Source: Erysipelotrichaceae bacterium (GTDB taxonomy: Bacteria; Bacillota_I; Bacilli_A; Erysipelotrichales; Coprobacillaceae). Taken from it: a stretch of DNA of 32,000 nucleotides. The stretch is taken from contig JAQVDW010000014.1 of the NCBI GenBank assembly GCA_028698185.1, forward strand, positions 11,801 through 43,800, read 5' to 3'. Of this stretch, positions 1-7,878 are shown piece after piece; position 1 is the first letter of the stretch, and every line of letters starts with the position of its first letter. A program made the position numbers and the translations under genes. Under the pieces are notes generated by a model that did no database searches, was not told the origin of the DNA, and saw only the letters and a program-made list of their open reading frames with translations.

Positions 1-750
1 ACCCATGAGGCTATCGAAGCCCTGTGGCAGGCGATATTCAAGGTGACATACACAACAAAGGATGATCCTGTGGCATTCTACAGCCAGAACAAGATCAACT
101 TCGAGAACCGGGTGAAATATCTCAACGATCTGAAGATCGAATCGCTGCATTACAGAAATTCCCTGGGAACCGACCTTGTGGTCGAACTCCCTGAGAAGTA
201 CCTTTTTGCCGGCGGCGGCAGCTATCTTAGCAACGGGGTGTACAACTTCCCGAACATTCCGACCGAAGAGGTTTTCACCGTGAACAAGAAGCATGGGGTG
301 AACGGTATTGTCTACAGCTCGATGCCGCTCAATTACCATGGCAATCTCATCGAAGACTTCTCGTTCAAGTTTGAGGACGGCAAGATCGTCGAAGCCAAGG
401 CCCGGGTCAATGAAGCGGTTCTCAATGACATGATCTCGCTCGATGAAGGAGCCTGCTATCTAGGCGAGGTGGCCCTTGTCCCTTACGACAGCCCTATCAG
501 CAATCTCAATACTTTGTTCTATATGACCTTGCTTGATGAAAATGCTTCTTGCCATTTCGCAATCGGAAATTCCTACATCGAATGTCTTGATGGCGGATTG
601 ACGATGAGCGAAGAGGAAAAGAAGGCCCAGGATGTCAACGAATCCCTGACCCATGTCGACTTCATGGTCGGCACAAGCGACCTGGAAATCATCGCGACTA
701 CCAGAGACAATAAAAAAGTCCTTATCTTCAAGGATGGAAACTTCGTTTAA
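1..750 (+). CDS. M29-family aminopeptidase (AmpS/PepS-like), C-terminal part; the 5' end lies outside the window
   Basis: Frame 1 is open from base 1, with no stop before the listed GTG at 43. The translated tail carries motifs I associate with the M29 thermophilic metalloprotease family (...SCHFAIGNSY..., ...THVDFMVGTSDLEII...DG). It ends at TAA 748-750, directly followed by a strong hairpin. Confidence 0.7.
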   Translation, partial: THEAIEALWQAIFKVTYTTKDDPVAFYSQNKINFENRVKYLNDLKIESLHYRNSLGTDLVVELPEKYLFAGGGSYLSNGVYNFPNIPTEEVFTVNKKHGVNGIVYSSMPLNYHGNLIEDFSFKFEDGKIVEAKARVNEAVLNDMISLDEGACYLGEVALVPYDSPISNLNTLFYMTLLDENASCHFAIGNSYIECLDGGLTMSEEEKKAQDVNESLTHVDFMVGTSDLEIIATTRDNKKVLIFKDGNFV

Positions 751-780
751 AAAACACAGGCCAAGAGGCCTGTGTTTTTG
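749..780. terminator. Bidirectional rho-independent terminator between convergent genes
   Basis: ACACAGGCC (754-762), loop AAGA, GGCCTGTGT (767-775): a 9-bp GC-rich stem flanked by an A-run upstream and TTTTT downstream. It sits between stop codons at 748-750 (+) and 783-785 (-). Confidence 0.8.
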
Positions 781-782
781 TA

Positions 783-2462
783 TCATGCTGTGTATTCTTC
801 AAGGAGCTTTTCGATTTCATGGTAACGGGGATCATTGTTCTGGTAATACAGGTAGGCTAGTTCCTGGTAGATGTTGGCGATGAAACTCCGGAAATGGGGA
901 TCGATCATGCTTAGCTCCTGGGCGTTGGAAAGTGACTGCAGGCAGAACTCGATTGCCTTGTCGTAGTCCTGGAGCGCCAGGTAATATTTGGAAAAAAGCT
1001 TGTAAGTCTTGGCCTTTTCCTCGAGCAAGTACTCGACCTGGTCGATTTCGGTTTTTTCAAGCAGTGATTCGAGGACAAGCAGATTTTCATACAATCGGTC
1101 AAGGTCCTTCAATGCCAGGTGGTTCTGGGCGATCAGCCGGTAGATCGGCGCGTACTGGATCTTGTCGACATATATCTGGTCGTAACAATTCAATGCGGCT
1201 CGAAGATTGGTGAGCGACTGGTCGAATTCATGGAGATAGTAGTCGGTCTCGCCGATGATTAGATAACAGCTGCCAATCAGGAAGTGGAATCTTTCATCGG
1301 TCGCCTTGATCTTGGAAAAATATTCCAGGGCAATCTGGCCATAATCCTTGGCTTTTTCGTAATCCTTGAGGCCTAGGTGGCATACGGCAAGGATCCGGTA
1401 GACGACGGCCACGTCATAATTTATCATATCCTCGTCGTTGTCTTCCCTTGCGATGTTCTGGAATGAACCTAGCGCCTTTTGGGCGAATTCAACCGCTTCC
1501 TTGTAGCGGTCAAGATGGCTGCAGGTCTCGGCGACTGTAAGATAAATCGGGCCAAGAGCGTAACTGTCCTCGTCATTGATCATGAGCAGGTAGAACAGCG
1601 ACTGCTTGAGTGAATCCAGCAGTTTTGCATTCTTGTTCAGGTTTCTTTGCAGGGTGGCCAGAACGAGGTAGCTGTCGGCGAGGTTCGAGATGCCGTTGGG
1701 ATCTTCGGGACTCATATTGTATAGCTCGAGGCGGGCATTGATTGCCGCCTGGGCCGAATCGACAGCCAGACCAAACCGGTTGAGACTGGTGTTGAGCCGG
1801 GTAACCTGCTGGTGATAGATTGCCAGGTAAAGAAGGTAGTTGCGGCTTTTCTTGTTTTCGAACAGGTTCAAATAACGCCAGGACTGTTCCAATGAACGCT
1901 CGACTTGGTCGTATTTTTGGACATTGAGCAAATGGTTGGTGTGGATCAGGTTGTTGAAACCTATTTCGTGAATCTGCACGGGTTTGAGATAACCCACGTC
2001 GATTCCATTAAGGGTATTCAGGTATATCTCGTAATCGTGGTGCATCTTTTTTTGGTGGTAATAGTTGATCAGGTTTATCAGGGAATTTACGTACATCGGG
2101 ATGTAGATGTCGTCTTGCGCTGAGAGTTCCTGGTAATCCTCGACGCCGCTGCGGAGGTAGTCCTGAGTGTTCTTGGCAAAATCCAGTTTGACTGACAGGC
2201 TGCCAAGCAGACTGTTGATATAGGCCCGGTCCTGCATGTTGATCTCGGTCAAATCGAGATGGACGAGGGCCTCATAGGCCTCTTCGTACGATTCGAAAGC
2301 ATTAAGCAGCGAGGCGTATTTGATGGAAAAATAAATCTGCCCTTCCTTGGTGAGCCGGTGCGACAAAAGCAGATCCTCATACAGTATGATCAATTCCCCG
2401 GCGCCCTGCTCATCCAAAGGCCGGTTTTCCAATTCTTCTATTTGTTTTAGTATATCTTCCAT
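783..2462 (-). CDS. Stand-alone TPR/helical-repeat protein (about 559 aa), function unknown
   Basis: I prefer the ATG at 2462 (MEDILKQIEEL...) because AAAGAGAGGTG lies 4 nt upstream, and because the ORF-track ATG at 2492 falls inside the predicted -10 region. There are many TPR-like units (e.g. ...YKEAVEFAQKAL..., ...DYEKAKDYGQIALEYF..., ...DYDKAIEFCLQSL...). I saw no HTH, Walker A motif or signal peptide. Confidence 0.7.
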   Translation of the reverse strand: MEDILKQIEELENRPLDEQGAGELIILYEDLLLSHRLTKEGQIYFSIKYASLLNAFESYEEAYEALVHLDLTEINMQDRAYINSLLGSLSVKLDFAKNTQDYLRSGVEDYQELSAQDDIYIPMYVNSLINLINYYHQKKMHHDYEIYLNTLNGIDVGYLKPVQIHEIGFNNLIHTNHLLNVQKYDQVERSLEQSWRYLNLFENKKSRNYLLYLAIYHQQVTRLNTSLNRFGLAVDSAQAAINARLELYNMSPEDPNGISNLADSYLVLATLQRNLNKNAKLLDSLKQSLFYLLMINDEDSYALGPIYLTVAETCSHLDRYKEAVEFAQKALGSFQNIAREDNDEDMINYDVAVVYRILAVCHLGLKDYEKAKDYGQIALEYFSKIKATDERFHFLIGSCYLIIGETDYYLHEFDQSLTNLRAALNCYDQIYVDKIQYAPIYRLIAQNHLALKDLDRLYENLLVLESLLEKTEIDQVEYLLEEKAKTYKLFSKYYLALQDYDKAIEFCLQSLSNAQELSMIDPHFRSFIANIYQELAYLYYQNNDPRYHEIEKLLEEYTA

Positions 2463-2482
2463 AGGGCACCTCTCTTTACTAT

Positions 2483-2511
2483 ATTCTACCATCTAATCGA
2501 AAACGATACAA
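2483..2511 (-). promoter_or_regulatory. Putative sigma-A promoter of the TPR gene
   Basis: Read on the minus strand: TTGTAT (2511-2506), a 17-nt spacer, then TGgTAGAAT (extended -10, hexamer 2488-2483). This implies a short leader that still contains the SD. Confidence 0.5.
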
Positions 2512-2614
2512 ACAAATATCCCGACATTTGAGTAGCGCTATCAACTTTTTGTGTAACTTATTGTCAGCAAGAAGTTTGTTTTGTTGAACAATACCATTAA
2601 TTGGCGGTTTGGTG

Positions 2615-2643
2615 TTGAAAAACGGGCGCCCACCAAGTAAAAT
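2615..2643 (+). promoter_or_regulatory. Putative sigma-A promoter of the three-gene HTH array
   Basis: TTGAAA (2615-2620), a 17-nt spacer, TAAAAT (2638-2643). A second -10-like TAGAAT lies at 2649-2654. It is about 40 nt upstream of the first HTH gene. Confidence 0.5.
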
Positions 2644-2682
2644 TAATGTAGAATATTTCAAAAAGTCATGCGGGGGCTATTT

Positions 2683-3813
2683 ATGAACGAATTTGTCACG
2701 ATGTTGAACAATTTTATCGAGAACTCCGGTATCTCACAAAGCCAGATTTCGCGGGATGTGAATATCAGCCGGACCAAACTGAACAAGTGTCTTAACGGCA
2801 AAAGAAACCTGACATATCAGGAACTCGACCAGATCTGCAAGTATCTGTCTCTCTCTAGTTTCCAGGAAAGCGTGCTCAAACAGGCATTCACCAACCGGGA
2901 CCTGACCGGATTGCAGCATCGGAATTTCGCCGAACTTGACAACCTGTTCCGCAACATCCATGAGGTCAAGAAAATCGATTGCAACCAGATGATAATCCAT
3001 CCCCGCAATCAGATAGAAATCAGCCAGGGCCATTACTTCGGCCGGCTCAACGTCATAACGATGATCAAGAAGATAATCCGCGCCCATTATGACTTGAAAC
3101 ATAAGGCTGATCTGGTCATGAACCTGCCCCTGTACGATAATCTGCTGCGCCAGTTTTTCATCGAGATATTGTGCAATTTCAACTCGAACTTCCAGATAAC
3201 CCACCTGATTCCAATCAATCACGAGGACAGCATGGTCAATGAGGAATTCAATGTGCTCAATGTGCTCAACCAGGTGGTGCCCCTGGCAATGTTGGGACAT
3301 TACCGATACAACAGCTGGTATTTCGATGCCTACCTGCTGAAAAACGAATTCAATATCTACCCTTATTTCATAATCGTCAATAATGTGGCTTTGTTTGTTT
3401 CGGGCGACCTGAAAAACCTCATGGTCGATAAAAACGGGGAGGCGATCAGGTATTACACCAAAGTGAGCGAACTGCAGAAATTGGCTTCAAAACCCCTGGT
3501 CAGACAGACGAGTGAAGTTCCCGACCTTGACTACGATATCATTTTCTCCGACGAACGGGCGGTCAGGGAGACATACCGGGCCGCAAAAATGGTTTCAATC
3601 AGAGAAGCAAAGGAGATTTACCGGAAAAACACCAAACTCCCTTACAATGATGGCAGCCGCAACACGCACGAGGGAATAAGTATCTTCTTCAAGGATGACC
3701 TGTTGGTAATCAAGCTCAATGACAACCGGAGCGACTGTCTGATGATTGAAAACCGGAATCTGATCAATTCTTTCAAGGATTATATCCGCGCCAATATCAC
3801 AGCAAATATCTGA
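2683..3813 (+). CDS. HTH (XRE/Cro-like) N-terminal domain protein with a large uncharacterised C-terminal domain, paralogue 1 (about 376 aa)
   Basis: The N-terminus ...SGISQSQISRDVNISRTKLNKCLNGKRNLTYQEL... is HTH-like, and the remaining ~310 aa contain no motif I recognise. Start 2683 (GGGGG 8 nt upstream) is preferred over 2668, which has no SD. Confidence 0.7.
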   Translation: MNEFVTMLNNFIENSGISQSQISRDVNISRTKLNKCLNGKRNLTYQELDQICKYLSLSSFQESVLKQAFTNRDLTGLQHRNFAELDNLFRNIHEVKKIDCNQMIIHPRNQIEISQGHYFGRLNVITMIKKIIRAHYDLKHKADLVMNLPLYDNLLRQFFIEILCNFNSNFQITHLIPINHEDSMVNEEFNVLNVLNQVVPLAMLGHYRYNSWYFDAYLLKNEFNIYPYFIIVNNVALFVSGDLKNLMVDKNGEAIRYYTKVSELQKLASKPLVRQTSEVPDLDYDIIFSDERAVRETYRAAKMVSIREAKEIYRKNTKLPYNDGSRNTHEGISIFFKDDLLVIKLNDNRSDCLMIENRNLINSFKDYIRANITANI

Positions 3814-3832
3814 TTGCAGGAAAGGAGCAACT

Positions 3833-4777
3833 ATGTTCGGAGAAGTTTTGAAAAAAATCGTGGATGAAAGCGACATTTCGCTAGCGAAGCTCAGTCGTTC
3901 CAGCGGGGTTTCCCGTTCAATGCTTTATAAGGTGATCAAAGGGGAAAGCGGGCTTTCTCAGGAAAAATTCACCCAGCTGGTAAATACCGAGCTTTTCAAT
4001 GCAAACCAGGTCACGGACCTGATGGATGCATATCTTCTAAGCTCCAACTCCGCCAGAGATGGCAAAGGGGTCATCCGTGCCTTGAACTTCATTGAAAATC
4101 TCCAAAGGAACCAATCGCGCAAAGTGAGCGAACATGTCGAACCGGTCAAAACCGAAGGCTACCAGATGCTCTATGGAAAAGAAAATATCGGAAACATGTT
4201 AAGCAGCGCCCTGGCGAACTATCAAAAGGAGATATTGATCCTGAATCAGGAAAAATCGCGGGTGGAAAAACACATCCCTGAAACAGGGAAAAACATCATC
4301 ATCCTGAAGAACATCAGTGACCTGTCGAAAAAAGTCACAAATCTCAATGACGGTCTGCTTGCCTGTTTGCGCAATCCGGATCTCGAATTGTACTATACCA
4401 CGGTGCCGACGCTCAATATCTCCATTTACGACAATTATATTCTTGTCGATGATGTCTTATACATGTATGACAGTGGCCTTGGTTCGATGGCATATACATC
4501 CAATAAAAGGCGGATCAGATTTTTCAAAGGTATATTTCTTGAGCGTCTTGAGTCTGCCAACCGGTATTTCAAGTTGGAACCGCTGTTTAAAAACTATCAG
4601 GAGGTCCTGAAAATTGACGACCGGCAGTCCATAATTTTCAAGGACCAGCATTATTACATCAAAAACGGCAGCCGGGTCATAAGCCTGGACAAGATGCTGG
4701 AAGATGATTTAAGCGACTATTTTGCCAAAGGAGTCCAGGATGTCAAAATTCACAAAAAAACTGCAAGAACTGATTGA
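3833..4777 (+). CDS. HTH (XRE/Cro-like) N-terminal domain protein, paralogue 2 (314 aa)
   Basis: AAAGGAG lies 5 nt upstream of ATG 3833. The N-terminus ...SDISLAKLSRSSGVSRSMLYKVIKGESGLSQEKF... is HTH-like. The C-terminal part shares motifs with the flanking genes (YDNYILVDDVLYMY; LSDYFAKG). Confidence 0.7.
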   Translation: MFGEVLKKIVDESDISLAKLSRSSGVSRSMLYKVIKGESGLSQEKFTQLVNTELFNANQVTDLMDAYLLSSNSARDGKGVIRALNFIENLQRNQSRKVSEHVEPVKTEGYQMLYGKENIGNMLSSALANYQKEILILNQEKSRVEKHIPETGKNIIILKNISDLSKKVTNLNDGLLACLRNPDLELYYTTVPTLNISIYDNYILVDDVLYMYDSGLGSMAYTSNKRRIRFFKGIFLERLESANRYFKLEPLFKNYQEVLKIDDRQSIIFKDQHYYIKNGSRVISLDKMLEDDLSDYFAKGVQDVKIHKKTARTD

Positions 4778-6182
4778 AAAGTATGATGTGCCCACATCCA
4801 AACTGGCCAAAGTGCTGGGTGTCGACAAGGAGGACCTGGCGCTTGTCTACGATGAATCAATCGTTTTGAATCGGGAAAATTACCAGGAACTGGTAAAGAC
4901 TATGGATCTGAACATCATCGAGGCCCGCGAGCTTGAAAAGCTGTTCAATATCTATGTCTTTGGCGAGGACGAATACAACTACAAGACGAAGATCCGTGAT
5001 TTTCTAGAACAAATCTCATTTAAAATCAACTGGGATCTTGACAAGAACTACTTCTGTGAAAATGCCCGGCTTTACAAAAACGCCTATCAGGACAGTTTCT
5101 ACCAGTATGAAAGCCAGATGTCGCTGATCCTGGCAATCAAAAGGGTTGTCAACAGTTCGCTTTGCAACGACGAAAAGACCAGGATCCGCCTGGTCTACAA
5201 TTTCAACAACGAGTATCTCCTTGGCTATTTTTATGAGATTTTTTCCAGCTACCAGGTCAATCTGGAAATAACCCACCTGACGACATTTGGCGGGCTGCAC
5301 AACGGCGATTTCGATTTGAACATATTGTCGTATCTGATATCCCTGGTCCTGGTGTCGGATCTCAATTACAATTGTTTTTACAACAACGATTACCAGCGGT
5401 TGGTAGCTGGAGATTTTAGCAACTACATGATTGTCAATGAGAAAACCTTCATTTTCGATGACCCGCTAAGCCGGGGAATGCTTATCAGCGATCCTGGCCA
5501 GGTCGAGGCGTTCACCAAGAAGTTCGACGATTCTATCAAGATGTTCAAGCCGATGGCGTACCGCTGTGATTCGATCGACAGGTTCAACGAGATCTACCGG
5601 CACATCAACCGGGAAATGGTTTATTACTCGATCGAACCCGGCGTCTATCTCAACAATTTCCTGACCCGGGAGATGCTGCTCAAATACTACAACTACGCGC
5701 CCGACCAGTCCGAAAAGATCGCCGACAAGATGCTCAAGACCTTAGGCAGAAAAAACCGCCAGCGGGTCTACAAGATAGTGGTCACTGTCGAAGGGCTGAG
5801 CGATTTCGTGATCAACGGGGTGAACAATTCCTTCCCCCAGGTTGCCAATCTGCGCTACACTGTGGAAGAAAGAAAACAGATCCTGGAGGAAATGATCGAA
5901 GGGGTGAGAAACGACACTTACCAGCTCAATATCATCAATACCAAGAGCTTAATGCTGCCCCAGTCGCTGGTCACCGTGGCTTCCCACAAATCCGGCCTGT
6001 TTTTCACCATGGTGCGCGATTATGGAAATGAATCGGGGAATATTTCGTTCTATCTCGACGACCCGGCTCTAGGCAAGCTTTTCTGTGATTTCATCGACAG
6101 CCTGAAAGATGACAATGTTGCTTACAATAAAGAGGATACATTGTTGCTTTTGACCCAAATGATAAACGGTTACTTGGATTGA
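4740..6182 (+). CDS. HTH (XRE/Cro-like) N-terminal domain protein, paralogue 3 (about 480 aa)
   Basis: AAAGGAG lies 6 nt upstream of ATG 4740, which is preferred over the ORF-track ATG 4722. The N-terminus is ...YDVPTSKLAKVLGVDKEDLALVYDES.... The gene overlaps the previous gene by 38 nt. It shares NLEITHLTTF, FSNYMIVNEKTFIF and LFCDFIDSL with paralogues 1 and 2. Confidence 0.7.
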   Translation: MSKFTKKLQELIEKYDVPTSKLAKVLGVDKEDLALVYDESIVLNRENYQELVKTMDLNIIEARELEKLFNIYVFGEDEYNYKTKIRDFLEQISFKINWDLDKNYFCENARLYKNAYQDSFYQYESQMSLILAIKRVVNSSLCNDEKTRIRLVYNFNNEYLLGYFYEIFSSYQVNLEITHLTTFGGLHNGDFDLNILSYLISLVLVSDLNYNCFYNNDYQRLVAGDFSNYMIVNEKTFIFDDPLSRGMLISDPGQVEAFTKKFDDSIKMFKPMAYRCDSIDRFNEIYRHINREMVYYSIEPGVYLNNFLTREMLLKYYNYAPDQSEKIADKMLKTLGRKNRQRVYKIVVTVEGLSDFVINGVNNSFPQVANLRYTVEERKQILEEMIEGVRNDTYQLNIINTKSLMLPQSLVTVASHKSGLFFTMVRDYGNESGNISFYLDDPALGKLFCDFIDSLKDDNVAYNKEDTLLLLTQMINGYLD

Positions 6183-6209
6183 TGTGCGAAATAAGCTTGG
6201 ATTATTGGG

Positions 6210-6239
6210 TTGATTACCTGTGCGCTATTTTTGTATAAT
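6210..6239 (+). promoter_or_regulatory. Strong orphan sigma-A-type promoter
   Basis: TTGATT (6210-6215), an 18-nt spacer, consensus TATAAT (6234-6239) with TG immediately upstream. There is no ORF of 60 aa or more downstream before a terminator at 6476-6503. Confidence 0.55.
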
Positions 6240-6290
6240 TAATGTCACACCTATAGTGGCATATTGCAATCTTAAAGAGAGTGGTCTAGA

Positions 6291-6329
6291 ATGATATCAG
6301 GTAATACGAAATGGGGAATAATAATATAA
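6291..6329 (+). CDS. Candidate 12-aa micro-ORF MISGNTKWGIII (speculative)
   Basis: ATG 6291 is preceded by TAAAGAGAGTGG (6273-6284, 6 nt spacing). This is nearly the same SD-like string as upstream of the TPR gene (TAAAGAGAGGTG). The peptide has a hydrophobic C-terminus, and the stop codon lies in the loop of the 6301-6339 hairpin. Confidence 0.2.
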   Translation: MISGNTKWGIII

Positions 6330-6475
6330 TTCGTATTGCTGAATTTTGTTGGGGCTCTTTCTATGCTCGGGAAATTTTTATATGTAGTGTCGATTAAGGT
6401 TAATGGGGATTTCCTTTAATCAACGGAAACGATTGTATTCATAATAACTTGAGACTTCGGTCTGATCGTTCGGGG

Positions 6476-6503
6476 GACAGTTAATTTATTAGCTGTCTTT
6501 TTT
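6476..6503 (+). terminator. Rho-independent terminator of the orphan unit
   Basis: GACAGTTAA / TTAGCTGTC forms a 9-bp stem (one G-U pair) with a 4-nt loop, followed by TTTTTT (6498-6503). Confidence 0.7.
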
Positions 6504-6523
6504 CGTTGCTGATTTGACCTGAC

Positions 6524-6552
6524 AAAAAAACGGAACTCTTAAAAAGTCCCGT
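6524..6552 (-). terminator. Rho-independent terminator of the esterase gene
   Basis: The minus strand reads ACGGGACT-ttttaag-AGTTCCGT followed by TTTTTTT, and starts 7 nt after the TGA stop (6559-6561). Confidence 0.7.
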
Positions 6553-6558
6553 AAATCA

Positions 6559-7812
6559 TCATATATGGTTGGCAATCCATGACCATGAGTCCAATCCGGT
6601 CACGTCGTCGAAGGCCTCGTTGTTGTCGAAATAGATCCATGACCAATGCCCGTTGTATCGGTAAGGATTACCCTTGTCATCGGTGTATTTTCCGGATGTG
6701 TCTATCACCATGTCGGTTGTCGCCACGGCGAGGTTCTTTGCTCCGGCATTTTTGAGCCGTTCAATTACCGGGATTTCATACAACAGCGGATCGACCACCT
6801 GATCGTCATTGGAATAAATGAAGTAAAGCGGCTGGTCTTTCAATCGGTTGATGTCGTCGTCGCTTACCCAACCATCAAGTTTGGCGGCGCAAATCGGAAC
6901 TCCGGCAGCGAAGTAACCGGGATAGCTGGTCATCATTTCCAGAACCATGAAGCCGCCGTTGGAACACCCGGTGAGCACTACCTTGCTTGCGCCGCATTCG
7001 TTTTTGTGGCGTTCGATCAGCTCCATCAGGCTTTTGGTATACAGGCTTGATCCCTCGGCGGTGAAGTCGCCGCTGCCATCATCCATCCACATTGTCGGGC
7101 ATTGGGGCGCCAGAATGGCGGCGTTCTTGATGGTTTTTTGGAATTTTTCTCCGGCCAGGGCTCCGGCCTTGTTTCCTAGCACCGGCATGTAGGCGTCGCT
7201 ATTGTCCGTCCCGCCTTCGCCCATGCCATGGAGCCAGACAACCAGGGTTTCATAGCGTGACTTTGGCTTGTAGCTAACGTAATCGTAGCTTATGCCCGAT
7301 TCTGTCATATGGTTCGACAGTTCGAACATATCGACGGATGTCACGATTCCCGTCGCCTCTCTGGCTATGTCCAGGCAAGCGAACTGGCCTTCTGGTGTCT
7401 CTAGCGTTGCTCCTTCTTCAAGAGCGAATGTCAGGAAGTAGGGGTCCGACCATGAGTTTTTCTGGGTCTTCATCGAAAAAAGCAACGGCGATCCCGTTTC
7501 CGGGCTGACATACATCTTAAGGGCAATATGGTAACTTGGACCTTCGCACCTGTTGCCTGAACTGTCGCAAAGATAAGCGTCTGTGACTTCCCGTCTGGTC
7601 TTGTTGATAACTACCGGGAAATCCGTGCCGGTCCAGTCGGTCTCCTGTTTGGTTTCGAATACCAGAAAATCCTTGGCGTCGACCCTGCTTATTTTGCGCT
7701 CCATGGTCAAGACAGCTTTGTTTACCCCTGCGCCCCAGTCGTATCCCGTCACCAAGAAGCTGTAGGTTCCGGTTATCGGTGCGCTGCGCATTTTTTTTGA
7801 ATTCATCGTCAT
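6559..7812 (-). CDS. Alpha/beta-hydrolase serine esterase with an N-terminal beta-rich (possibly Ig-like) domain
   Basis: There is a nucleophile elbow GCSNGG, an upstream oxyanion-type LVVWLHGMGEGG, and candidate Asp (YSNDDQVVD) and His (NGHWSW) residues. GGAGGT lies 5 nt upstream of ATG 7812. No signal peptide is evident. The ~170-aa N-terminal domain recalls the Ig-like N-domain of EstA-type esterases, which is my recollection and is unverified. Confidence 0.7.
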   Translation of the reverse strand: MTMNSKKMRSAPITGTYSFLVTGYDWGAGVNKAVLTMERKISRVDAKDFLVFETKQETDWTGTDFPVVINKTRREVTDAYLCDSSGNRCEGPSYHIALKMYVSPETGSPLLFSMKTQKNSWSDPYFLTFALEEGATLETPEGQFACLDIAREATGIVTSVDMFELSNHMTESGISYDYVSYKPKSRYETLVVWLHGMGEGGTDNSDAYMPVLGNKAGALAGEKFQKTIKNAAILAPQCPTMWMDDGSGDFTAEGSSLYTKSLMELIERHKNECGASKVVLTGCSNGGFMVLEMMTSYPGYFAAGVPICAAKLDGWVSDDDINRLKDQPLYFIYSNDDQVVDPLLYEIPVIERLKNAGAKNLAVATTDMVIDTSGKYTDDKGNPYRYNGHWSWIYFDNNEAFDDVTGLDSWSWIANHI

Positions 7813-7878
7813 ACCTCCGTGTCGTTGATTAAATTATATTTCATCTTCAAGCCGGAGGTCTTTCCAAAATGTAACTGA

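Larger units (their letters stand above)
6246..6503 (+). ncRNA. Orphan short transcription unit (about 255 nt): a structured sRNA and/or micro-peptide mRNA, family unknown
   Basis: It is bounded by the promoter at 6210-6239 and the terminator at 6476-6503. Internal hairpins are a 10-bp stem 6301-6310/6330-6339 (GTAATACGAA/TTCGTATTGC) and a C(UUCG)G tetraloop hairpin at 6452-6463. It contains only micro-ORFs of 12, 28, 18 and 13 aa. Confidence 0.4.

Noticed and set aside
4754-4760. Homopolymer tracts as phase-variation switches: A7 in the overlap of HTH genes 2 and 3, and T8 at 8822-8829 upstream of the glycan locus
   Set aside because: Tracts of 7-8 nt are short for efficient slipped-strand switching. 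The T8 tract does not sit between a convincing -35/-10 pair. Testing this would need population-level read heterogeneity data.
783-6182. Reading the TPR plus HTH block as an anti-phage defence or STAND/Avs-like system
   Set aside because: I found no NTPase (Walker A/B), nuclease, TIR, SIR2, protease or other effector-type motifs in the four proteins. There are also no mobile-element or defence-island neighbours in the window. A regulatory or sensing role fits better.
6246-6503. Assigning the orphan transcript to a known RNA family (SRP/scRNA, 6S, tmRNA, RNase P, riboswitch, T-box)
   Set aside because: I could not see the conserved cores of these families, such as the SRP domain IV motif, a tmRNA tag ORF with a tRNA-like end, or a T-box sequence. 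A riboswitch is also unlikely because no gene follows before the terminator. An Rfam scan is needed.
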